Source of the DNA: Heteronotia binoei
Lineage: Eukaryota
DNA length: 64,000 bases
Direction of reading: 5' to 3'
NCBI RefSeq assembly: GCF_032191835.1
Contig: NC_083230.1
Span: 47,678,001-47,742,000, forward strand
In this document: one piece after another, positions 24,755 to 34,859 of the stretch
How the letters are laid out: the number at the start of each line of letters is the position of its first letter
How positions within the stretch are numbered: position 1 is the stretch's first letter
Made by a program: the position numbers and the translations under genes
The notes under the pieces: model-generated
Told to the model about the DNA's origin: nothing
What the model saw: the letters and a program-made list of their open reading frames with translations, nothing else
Database searches by the model: none

Positions 24755-26656
24755 CTATGCCCCGCACCAGAGGGCAAGGAATATAGGGGGTCGCCTTTCC
24801 CTATTTATAGACGCCTGGAGGCAATCGATTCAGGACAAATGGGTCCTAGAGATAGTGGAACAGGGCTACGCCATAGAGTTCTACTCCCCCCCTCCCAACC
24901 ACTTTCGTTGGGTTCCACCAAAAAGAGACTTGATTGCGCACAAAGCAATGTTGGCAGCCATCCAACACCTGTTGGAAATAGGAGCAGTGGAACCCGTTCC
25001 AGTATCCCAGCAGGGTTCAGGTGTTTACTCCATCATCTTTTTAGTGCCAAAAAAGAACGGGGAGTTCAGAACCATCCTGGACCTGAAATGGCTCAACAAG
25101 TTTGTTCCAGCAAAGCATTTCAAAATGGAGACTCTTCGGTCAGTTTTGCTAGCCATTCAGCCTCAGGATTTTCTGGCTTCCTTGGATCTATCAGAGGCCT
25201 ACTTACATGTTCCCATTCGGGAATCACACAGGAAGTTCCTACGTTTCTCCTATGCAGGGAAACATCTCCAGTACCGGGCATTACCGTTCGGCCTGAAGTC
25301 CTCGCCTCGGGTCTTCACCAAAGTCCTGGTGACCCTGGTGGCAGAACTGAGACTGCAGGGGGTGTCCCTCTTTCCTTATTTAGACGACATTCTGGTGAAA
25401 GGGGGGTCTTTCCAACAGTGCCAGAAGGGCATTCACCAGACAGTGACTGTGCTGCGCGACCATGGCTTTGTGGTAAATTTGGAGAAGAGCAATCTTCTTC
25501 CCTCTCAGAGGCTAGTGCATCTGGGAGTGGAAATAGACACGACCTTGGACAGAGTCTTTGTAACCTCGGAGAGACGGGAGAAGTTTCGTCTCCTGTTACA
25601 GGGGATTTTTCGACAACGCAGGGTGTCGGTGAGGTTGTTAGCGCAACTGTTGGGAATGATGGTATCCTTTCAGGACCTAATCCCGTGGGCCAGGTTTCAC
25701 ACTCTTCCCCTGCAGTTTTTCCTTCGCCCATTCCAGGAAGTCATAGGGAACAAGATTCACAAATTGGTGTCGCTTCCACTAGAAGTGAAATCACAGATGC
25801 AGTGGTGGTTGGATCCAGGTCTTTTCCTCCCAGGTCATCTGTTACGCGAGCCCCAGAGGGTGTGTGTCACCACAGATGCCAGTCTGTGGGGTTGGGGGGC
25901 TCACTCTCAGGATCAAATGATCCAGGGCCAATGGGAACCCCACGAGGCCAAAAGGAGCATCATTTTTTTAGAACTCAGAGCGATTCGGTTAGGCCTAAAG
26001 GGCCTACAGACGATCTTGGGGGGTCGCCATGTCTTGATGAAAACAGACAATTCAACAGCCAAGGCATACATAAATCGACAGGGGGGAACCAAAGTGAAAT
26101 CTCTCCATGCCGAGGCGAAGATTCTCTTCGAGTGGGCGGAGACCAACCTGCTCTCAATCAAGGCGGTGCATGTTCCTGGAAAGGACAATGTAGTAGCGGA
26201 CTGGCTCAGCAGACATTGGCTGGACCAAACGGAATGGATGCTACACAAAGACACTTTCAGTCTGTTAGTGGACAGGTACGGTCCGGTGACGGTGGACTTG
26301 TTTGCCACGGCAGAAAATCGTCAGGTGGACAGGTTTTTCGCCAAAAACAGAGACGTGAGAGCAGTAGGCACGGACGCGCTCAGCGCAGAATGGCCAGTGG
26401 GACTTTTGTATGCTTTCCCGCCCCTCCCTCTGTTACCCAGGGTGATTCAGAGGGTGGTGGGGTAGAAATGATACTAGTGGCTCCCTTCTGGCCGAGACGG
26501 TCATGGTTCCAGGAGCTCCTGAGGTTGTCCGTTCAGCCCCCTTGGCGCCTACCGAGGAGGGTCGACCTGTTAACTCAGGGCGACATGTCTCACCCTCAAC
26601 CAGACCTGTTACAGTTGACAGCCTGGAGGTTGAGCGGTCGCAGCTCGAGAAATTAG
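24678..26656 (+). CDS. DIRS ORF2: reverse transcriptase, RNase H and DAM-like methyltransferase, frameshifted near 26457
   Basis: LPFGL..SPRVF, YLDD (25377-25388), TDASLWGWG, VDLFA and YAFPP. The tail ILVAPFWP...LTAWRL continues in another frame to 26656. Confidence 0.92.
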
Positions 26657-27669
26657 GCTATGGTAGGAGTGTGGTGGACACTATGCTTGCTTCACGCAAG
26701 GGCTCCACGAATAGAGTGTATAACAACACCTGGAAGGTTTTTTCCTCATGGTCAACCCAGAGAGGGTGGGATCCGATGTTGATTAAGGTTAGAGATATTC
26801 TCAGTTTTCTACAGGAAGGGGCAGATAAGGGACTTTCCACCAGCACGTTACGAAGGCAGGTGGCGGCCATATCTTCCATACGGGGGGTGCGGGGGCGGAA
26901 GGCCCTGTCAGCGCATCCGCACGTTAAAAGGTTTTTGAGGGGTACTGCTTTGCTTAAACCCCCGCAGGTGCACAGGTTCCCTTCATGGAGGTTGAACGTA
27001 GTCTTGAAGGCATTGTGTGGGCGTCCCTTTGAGCCTTTGGCCTCCTGTGGGATCAAGGAACTAACACTTAAAACTCTTTTTTTAGTAGGTATCTCCACGG
27101 CACGGAGAGTGTCTGAATTGAGAGCCCTATCGGTTGATAAGGAGCTTTGTGTGTTCCATAACGAAAAGGTGGTGCTCAGGCCAGATCCATCTTTTATCCC
27201 TAAAGTTAACTCCTTGTTTCATAGGTCGCAGGAGTTGGTTCTTCCAAACTTCTGTCCTAATCCTCAGTCGGCAAAGGAAAGGGAGTTGCACTGCCTAGAT
27301 GTTAGGAGGGCTCTTAGTTTTTATATAGAGCGCACCAAAGACTGGAGAAAGTCTGAATCCATGTTTGTTTCTTTCAGTAAAAAATCACAGGGGCGACAGG
27401 TCTCTACCTCTTCCCTTAGTAGGTGGCTACGGGAATGCATTGTTTTAGCCTACAGGGCCCAGGGTCAAATCCCTCCAGAAGGGATCACAGCTCATTCCCT
27501 GAGAGGCGCTGCAACATCGGCTGTGTATCGGTCCTTCCCATCACTGGAAGCCGTGTGTAAGGCAGCAACTTGGAAATCGGTGCATACCTTTACCAGACAC
27601 TACAAGGTAGATAAGTGGGCTTCAGCGGATGCAGCCTTTGGAAGGCGTGTGCTGCAGCATGCACTCTAA
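24839..27669 (+). CDS. DIRS ORF3: long overlapping N-terminal part plus tyrosine recombinase, frameshifted near 26457
   Basis: Recombinase motifs STARRVSEL, HSLRG and FTRHY in 26503-27669. The ATG-started open frame from 24839 joins it if the same indel is repaired. Confidence 0.85.
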
Positions 27670-27713
27670 ATAGGGAAGCCGGTCCTGCCCGGGGATGTTT
27701 AGCTTTGTTACGT

Positions 27714-27816
27714 CCCAGTAGTCGGACCGACCCACTGTCCAGACCACCGGAGAACGGAAGATTGGTATCACTTACCGTGAAGCTTCCTTCTCGGTGGACT
27801 GGCAGTGGGTCGGTCC
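27714..27816 (+). repeat. DIRS internal complementary region (ICR)
   Basis: Reverse complement of the element's 5' start fused at GAAC to the reverse complement of its 3' end, i.e. the circle junction ...CTTCC-GTTC-TCCGG.... Confidence 0.95.
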
Positions 27817-27967
27817 GGCCCGCCCATTGAGGTTGAGCGGCTTCCTGGGTTTTGGAGTTGGATCCTGGAGCATTGCCTGTGTCTCTCCTGAACGATATTG
27901 CTGTTTTTTTCCTGTATGGGCTTGATTTCTGTTTTCAGTCCCCTAGTTTGGGGGCAGTCTGAAACGT

Positions 27968-27973
27968 AATAAA
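27968..27973 (+). terminator. DIRS polyadenylation signal
   Basis: AATAAA between the ICR and the right ITR, followed by T/GT-rich sequence. Confidence 0.55.
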
Positions 27974-28058
27974 TATTTCTCTTTATTCACCTGTCTCTGT
28001 ATGTGAATGGGGAGGTTTTGGAACTTTTTTCTTCCTAGGGGATGTGGCTTGGATACAC

Positions 28059-28220
28059 CTGGCGGGAGCTGGGAGGTATAGGCCACTCCCCCCCTCCGGA
28101 TCAGTCAAGAAGACCCGACCCTGTGGAGTGGAGGAGGAGCCTATACCCAGTAGTCGGACCGACCCACTGCCAGTCCACCGAGAAGGAAGCTTCACGGTAA
28201 GTGATACCAATCTTCCGTTC
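28059..28220 (+). repeat. DIRS right ITR plus right-end extension
   Basis: 28059-28169 is the inverse of the left ITR. 28170-28220 is a unique extension complementary to the ICR. Confidence 0.95.
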
Positions 28221-28421
28221 TATATGTGAGAATATCACGGCCAATATTAGAGCCAATTGTACATGTGCACATATCAGCTCAATATTGGCTTTAAGTGCAG
28301 CCTGAATGCTGCCATAATGGACAGTCACTGAACAACTAGACACGGGTGCATTAGGAGCCAAGTCCGGTCTTGCTAAGTCCTCTCAAAGCCTTTCCTTCGT
28401 CTCTCCCTCCCCAGATCTCAC

Positions 28422-28819
28422 TGTCGGAGCGGGAGTAGCAGAGTGAGGGAGATGACTTGCCCGACACAGGGCTTCAGGAAAGAAAATCAGGCAGACACGT
28501 GCAACTAGTGCCAAAAGGTGTATTAACATATATACACAACAAGTGCTCTCTTGTGCAGTCTATACAATATCACCTCCACGGACAAAGTGCTTCGCCTAAC
28601 CACCATCTCACAGGGAGAGACCTGTGTGATGCACACACAGATCATATATAGTCCAAGCAGCCAATCCTGGCCGTGCTGACTCAGCAGATTGCATCACTTG
28701 GCTTCTGCCGGCTCAAGCCGGTCTGCTGATCAGGTCACTGTGACCTAGCCTGGCAGCTAGATCACCAGCTGTCATACTGTAGCTGTCGGACTGGGTTTAT
28801 GTAGATTCTTGCTCCAACA
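28422..28819 (-). repeat. Copia 3' LTR (398 bp)
   Basis: Preceded on the - strand by the purine tract AGGAGGTG. Confidence 0.96.
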
Positions 28820-29007
28820 CACCTCCTAATCTATTTAAACCCAGTGCACCAAAACACTTTACACAGTTTACATACATGTCCACCTGCAACATTACAGTTC
28901 ATATTTACGTAGCTCGGAACCCTTTCCGGAATTCGTTCAGGAACTCATCATGATTGTAAAACACATCATCGTGTTCCTGTTCAGCCAGCTCTTTCAGACG
29001 CTTGGCT

Positions 29008-30987
29008 TCAGCCTCCTTTCCTTCTATGTTTCAGAGGAATATTCACCCAGGCTTGGGTTCCAAATACCCTCAGAAAGCTCAAATCTGGGCAGTGGTTATA
29101 TAGCCGCTTATAAGGCAAATCATTTACAGGCTTACACCAAACCCTATTATGTACGTATGCCGAGCAATGCATCGCTTCCGCCCAATAACGAATTGGCAGC
29201 TTTGCATCCTCGAGCATGCTGTGCATTAATGTTTGTAACACGGCGCCTGTTCGCTCGGATAGCCCATGTTCTTGGGGCGTTGCCGGGTTCGTCAGACGGT
29301 GGGCGATGCCCTTGTTCTCCAGCCAACGTTTCATCTGGTTAGATAAGAATTCCCCCCCTCTGTCGGTTTGTACAGCTAGGAGATTAACCCCTAATTGTCT
29401 CTCCACTGCTTTGACCCACTTGGTGAATGTCTTATACACCTCAGACTTATGCACCATGGTGAAAACCCACGCGTACCTCGTGTGGTCGTCGGTGGCCACC
29501 AAGCAGTATCTCCTCCCCGACAGACTCTTTGGCAATGGGCCAATAACGTCTAAATGGACTAGTTCCAGGGCTCGTGTGCTTTCCCTTGAGCTTTCTTTAG
29601 CAACAGCACACGCCTTGCTTTTGGTCTTCTTGCAGACCTGGCAATCCAAGTAACATTTGCAAGGATTTACTTTCAAACTAGGCACAAGCTCCAGGGTTTT
29701 CTTTAACGCCCTAAATCCGCAGTGCCCAAGTCTCCTATGGAGCAAATGTATACAATTATTGTGCACAGGCTCATTCGACACCTGAGCCACCTGGGCACAA
29801 TCACTCTGGACCACATACAGTTTACCTTCCCTCTTTCCTGTCACAAGCAACTTTCCCCCACCTCCCAGGATTTTGCAGCAGGTTTTCTCAAATCTCACCT
29901 GGTATCCCTGGTCAAACAGTGTGCTAACACTCAACAGGTTAGACTGCAGTGAGGGTACATACAACACATTTTGCAACATACATTTCAGTGCAGGAAATTC
30001 CACATTGCCTGAGCAAACGGAATTGGCAGTGGTCCCATCAGCCAATCTCACATACTTATGCTCAGGACTGTCAATGTTTTTCAACAACTCCTTCTCGCAG
30101 CAGAGATGGCTCGTTGCCCCGGAGTCTAAAATCCAAGCAGACCCTGTGCTCTCTACTGCAGACGTGACCAGCCGGGTTGCTTCCTCACACGGGCTGGCGG
30201 TCCTCCGCTCTCGCCGCACACGCCCCCGCCTCTTCTCCCTCTCAGGGCAAGCTCGGAGCAGGTGCTGCGACGACCCGCATCCATAGCAGCGACGGACTGC
30301 AAACGCAGTCGGCTCCACTTCCTCCACCTTCGGACGCCTGCCAGCAGCAAAAGCTGGCTCATTCTTGGCTGTCTTCCCGGACACACCGATAACAGCACGC
30401 TGCCCGGCCGACACCCCCGGACAGCTCACGGCCGCAATTCTCTCTTGGAAGTCAAGCAGGTGGGCACAGACGTATTCCATGGTCAGGGTCGCTACGTCCA
30501 CCGTCTCCAGAGAAGTTATCAGGGGAGTGTACTCAGGTGGCAACGACGACAGCAAAATGTACACTCTGTCGTCTGGAGCTACAGTCTTGCCTCTTGCCTC
30601 CAGCTCAACGAAACAGTCCGTTAGCCGTTTGATGTGATCTTTCACACACCCTCCAGCCGGCATAACGGTGCGGAACATCCTCCTTGTCAAGGCCATGAGG
30701 GAACCAGCAGTGGTGCTAACATGCACCGCACTCAACGCGTCCCAGGCAGCCTTGGGAGTGTCCTTCCCTCGCACATAAACCAGCTGGTCATCTCCTATAG
30801 ACAGCACTATGTTGGCCAGTGCCTTATCCGATAACACAGTCTCGGCAGGAGATAAGTCAGCAGGGGGGTTACTCACGAACAGCCATTGCCCTTCACGCTT
30901 GAGGTAGTGTTGCATTCTCAGGCTCCACACCGCGTAGTTGGCTGAGGTGAGCTTCTCAACGGCTACTCCAAGCTGTTGCTGAGCCAT
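29008..30987 (-). CDS. Copia Gag-protease-integrase polyprotein, 659 aa, truncated after the integrase core
   Basis: CCHC knuckle CYGCGSSQHLLRAC, protease WILDSGATSH, zinc motif HRRLGH..CQVC, and DDE core (HLDVIGP, TDRGGEF, GLSER). Confidence 0.95.
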   Translation of the reverse strand: MAQQQLGVAVEKLTSANYAVWSLRMQHYLKREGQWLFVSNPPADLSPAETVLSDKALANIVLSIGDDQLVYVRGKDTPKAAWDALSAVHVSTTAGSLMALTRRMFRTVMPAGGCVKDHIKRLTDCFVELEARGKTVAPDDRVYILLSSLPPEYTPLITSLETVDVATLTMEYVCAHLLDFQERIAAVSCPGVSAGQRAVIGVSGKTAKNEPAFAAGRRPKVEEVEPTAFAVRRCYGCGSSQHLLRACPEREKRRGRVRRERRTASPCEEATRLVTSAVESTGSAWILDSGATSHLCCEKELLKNIDSPEHKYVRLADGTTANSVCSGNVEFPALKCMLQNVLYVPSLQSNLLSVSTLFDQGYQVRFEKTCCKILGGGGKLLVTGKREGKLYVVQSDCAQVAQVSNEPVHNNCIHLLHRRLGHCGFRALKKTLELVPSLKVNPCKCYLDCQVCKKTKSKACAVAKESSRESTRALELVHLDVIGPLPKSLSGRRYCLVATDDHTRYAWVFTMVHKSEVYKTFTKWVKAVERQLGVNLLAVQTDRGGEFLSNQMKRWLENKGIAHRLTNPATPQEHGLSERTGAVLQTLMHSMLEDAKLPIRYWAEAMHCSAYVHNRVWCKPVNDLPYKRLYNHCPDLSFLRVFGTQAWVNIPLKHRRKGG

Positions 30988-31133
30988 CGTGCCGACTCCT
31001 CCTCACGGCCGGCTGCCGACGTCCCTCTGGCTCTCAAACAGAGAACGGTGGTGCTTCTGTGTCCTTCACCGGCGTTCCTCGCCTCCGGCTCTTTCCAACC
31101 TCACAGTCAGCTCAACTCTCAACTCTCTCCTCC

Positions 31134-31164
31134 GCGCAGCGGAAGCGTGCTGGGCCCATAACCC
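31134..31164 (-). other. Primer-binding site complementary to initiator tRNA-Met nt 10-40
   Basis: The + strand reads GCGCAGCGGAAGCGTGCTGGGCCCATAACCC, identical to recalled vertebrate tRNAiMet nt 10-40. It abuts the 5' LTR. Confidence 0.92.
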
Positions 31165-31562
31165 TGTCGGAGCGGGAGTAGCAGAGTGAGGGAGATGACT
31201 TGCCCGACACAGGGCTTCAGGAAAGAAAATCAGGCAGACACGTGCAACTAGTGCCAAAAGGTGTATTAACATATATACACAACAAGTGCTCTCTTGTGCA
31301 GTCTATACAATATCACCTCCACGGACAAAGTGCTTCGCCTAACCACCATCTCACAGGGAGAGACCTGTGTGATGCACACACAGATCATATATAGTCCAAG
31401 CAGCCAATCCTGGCCGTGCTGACTCAGCAGATTGCATCACTTGGCTTCTGCCGGCTCAAGCCGGTCTGCTGATCAGGTCACTGTGACCTAGCCTGGCAGC
31501 TAGATCACCAGCTGTCATACTGTAGCTGTCGGACTGGGTTTATGTAGATTCTTGCTCCAACA
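31165..31562 (-). repeat. Copia 5' LTR (398 bp)
   Basis: No difference from 28422-28819 found by eye. Confidence 0.96.
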
Positions 31563-34331
31563 CTCACATCTTTTTTCTAAATACTTCTCAATTAAAGAAG
31601 AAACAAATCAGTGTCTCAAATCATGTTTACACATCTTCGAAGCCATGCAGATCACTGTCCAGTTGCTCAATGTGAACTGATATGCATGTGTTAAATGACA
31701 ACCTTGGTTTGGATCAGCATCTCTGTACTACCAACAGAGACAAACCTTTCAAACTTTTGTTTAAGCATATCATGAATTCAGGAATTTAAAGGGATCAAAA
31801 TGTTGTATTTGCCATGGTGGCAATGGAGATAATGTTCAGGCCATGTGTCTGGTTACACTGTGTAGGGGGTTCCTTCAATGAGGCTGCCAGCACTTCCATT
31901 GTCTCTGCCAGTGATGTTCTAAGCAGCATTACAGCTTTCTAAGAAGAAGACGACGACTGCAGATTTATAACACGCCCTTCTTGCTGAATCAGAGACTCAG
32001 AGTGACTTACAATCTCCTATATTAATGAGGGTGAACCTTTTAGAGACTGAGTGCCCAAACCGCAACCCAAAACTCACTTATGTATCGCAAAGTGGCAACA
32101 CGGCAATTTAACCTGAATATTGAGGTTTTAGTTTAGAAAAAAACAATTCATAGTGAAATCAACAAACAAAGAACATTTGGTCTGGATAGCATTTGCTTAG
32201 GCAACCATCAAAATAGTAACATGTCAGAATGGGAGAATGATGGTGAGAGTGTCATAAGGCAATAAATGGAGGCTGTATTGCTCTGTTGCTTGCAGGTCTG
32301 GGTTAAACTGAGAACATGCCTTTCCCAGAGGTGTTCCTGTCCACCTAATTTACTTTTGAACATGTAACATCAGGCCCATAGCTACAAGGGGGCCTGTGGG
32401 GGCACAGCCCCCCAGCTATTGGATGAGGCCCCCTGACTTGGGGCCCCCAAACAGCCCCCGGGGCCTCTGCTGGATCCTGGAGCGTAGGGCAAGGGGCAGA
32501 AGCAGTCCCCAGCCTCCCCCTCCAGTTAAAAGAGCTGCGGGCCGATCAGCTGACCCTTTAACCCTGCATAGGATTCAACTGCTCCATAGCTACTGGTGCT
32601 CCTGGCTTGGCTGGTGATGAGGAGTGGGGGTGCACTAGGACCCTGTGGAGCAGACCCTGCCGGCTGCCTGTTGTCAGCCGGCTGGGACTCTCTCAAGGCT
32701 AGTAGCATTTCAACATCTAAAAGCTTCCGTGCCATGCATACACACACATCCTGGTAAGTAAATGTTCCCATCTGACTGCAAACTTCCCCCTTCTGCTGCA
32801 TATCTGAAGCTCTTCATGTTCTTTGTAATTCACAAGGTAAAACTTGCTCCCTCCCCCACACACATAGGGAAAGAGCATTTCCTCTTTTAAGCCCTCCCCC
32901 CCTTCCTTCCTTGGTCTCTCTAGCAAGCCATTTATTTAGCTCCAGCTCCACAAGGCTGGTTCCTACCAAAAGAATGACTCAATGTATGTGTGTTCACTTT
33001 AACTTGTGAACAGGACTTGTGCATGTGCATGTATGCTGGGGGGGGGGGGGGGGAGAAGGCTGGCAATATGCTTTCAATACAGTTATCCTTTATTTGGGTA
33101 GCAGAATGTGATATATGGGCTTTAATTCATAGAGTTAATAACTCTGGCTGGTAAATTTTTGGAGGATCCTGAGGAGGGCAGGGAGCTCAGTGGCATGTAA
33201 AGTCCATCCCCCCCCCCCCCCCCGCAAGCCATTCTGTACAGAGGAAATTATCTCTAGTCCAGAGAACAGTTATAATTCTGGGTGATCTCCAGGCCCCACC
33301 AGGAGTTTGGTAGCCCAATATCTTGGGAGTAAACCCACTGAATAAGAGTTCTGCTTTCCATTGCTTCAGGTGACCATCCTGTAGTTTGCTTTAATTTTCA
33401 CACACACACACTCGCCCTCCCAACTTTGTTATTCCAAGGAGGTCTCCCATCCAAATACTTGCCAGAGCAATTTCAAGTTTTTGAAAATTGGTTATCAGTG
33501 TCGGGGGGGGGGGCAGTAGGGAGTTTGAATGTTCTGGGAGCAGAAACAGATTTGTGTGGGTAGCAGTGTTGGTCTGAAGTAATAAAACAAAATTTAAGTC
33601 CGATGGCCCCTTTAAGGCCAACAAAGTTTAATCCTGGCTGTGTGGGGCACCAGCCAGTGTGATGGTAGGTCAGGTGGCCATGAGAGTGGCTATGGGTTGG
33701 GGCCATTGAGTGCCCCCCCCAAAAAAAATCAAAGGTCCCCTGACCTTCCAAGTTACACGGGGCTGTGTAACTTGTGAACAGCAATCTTATAAACATCAAT
33801 CTAGTTTGCCGTTAGGAAAAAAGAATACATTAAAATATAGTGTGTTTAGTAGGAGCTGGTGGTTAGGGTGTCCAAATCAGATCTGGGAGGTCCTGATTCA
33901 TATGCCCACTCTGCCCTGAGAGCTTGTAGGAAACCTTAGACCAGTAATATACTCTGAGTTAACCCACTTTATAGGTTCGTTGTGAGGATAAAAGAGAATG
34001 GGAGAGTGTGTCAAACCACTTCAATGTCCTTTTGGGGGAGAAAGGCAGGAGATACATGATGTTAGTTAATAAATTAAGTTGATGAAAGGAGTCCACTGAT
34101 TTATATGGCTAAATCTGAGTCCAGCAGCACCTTAGAGAACAAGCTCCTTTTATCTAATCGAGGGAGCTCTAATGCTGGAAAGCTTGTGCCCCCGCCCCCA
34201 AATCTTGTTGGTCTCCAAGGTGCTCCTGGGCTCCAATCTAGTTATTCTACTATGGACCAGTACTATGGCTACCCTTGGAAACTTCAGGGATAGTCTGAAT
34301 TGTATTAACTAGAAAGTCTGATGTGAGAAAG

Positions 34332-34553
34332 GAGGGCCAGTTTGATGTAGAGGTTAAGTGCGTAGACTCTTATCTGGGAAAACCGGGTTTGATTCCCCAC
34401 TCCTCCATTTTCAGCTGCTGGAATGGCCTTGGGTCAGCCATAGCTATCACAGAGCTGTCCTTGAAAGGGCAGCTTCTGGGAGAGCTCCTCTCAGCCCCAC
34501 CTACCTCACAGGGTGTCTGTTGGGGGGAGGAAGACAAAGGAGATTGTGAGCTG
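34332..34553 (+). mobile_element. Squam3-like SINE
   Basis: tRNA-like head with A/B-box-like motifs and the body shared with other copies. The family name is from memory. Confidence 0.8.
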
Positions 34554-34859
34554 CATTGTGGTTGCACCTCCCCCCCACGTCAAAATTCCAAAGGTGCCCA
34601 CAAGCTCAAAAAGGTTGGATGTCCTGTTGTCTCTCTGAAGGAGGCCCAGTTAGAGTTGCTAGGTTTGGGTTGGGAAATACCTAGAAATTTGGGGGAAGGA
34701 GCCCGAGTTTGGGGAGAGGAGGAGCTTCAATGAGATATGACTCCAGAGCCTCGTGCACAGGGGTAGGGGATGGGGAGGGAGCGTGCATGCGTGCTCACAG
34801 AGAGGGCTCTGAGTGCCGCCTCCGGCACCCGTGCCATAGGTTCACCACCACTGTCCTAT

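Larger units (their letters stand above)
22668..28220 (+). mobile_element. DIRS1-like tyrosine-recombinase retrotransposon, full length, antisense in a GRIP1 intron
   Basis: Gag-like ORF, then overlapping RT/RNase H/methyltransferase and tyrosine-recombinase frames. ITRs and an internal complementary region are present, and both ends share GTTCT. Confidence 0.97.
28422..31562 (-). mobile_element. Ty1/copia LTR retrotransposon lacking RT/RNase H (non-autonomous)
   Basis: TG...CA LTRs, 5-bp TSD CTCAC (28417-28421 and 31563-31567), tRNA-Met-type PBS, PPT-like AGGAGGTG, and a gag-protease-integrase ORF. Confidence 0.97.

Noticed and set aside
28457-28651. Identical 64-aa ORFs at 28457 and 31200
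   Set aside because: They are just the two LTR copies, begin with TTG and lie antisense to the element.
31134-31164. tRNA-Met gene
   Set aside because: Only nt 10-40 are present and they abut an LTR. This is a PBS.
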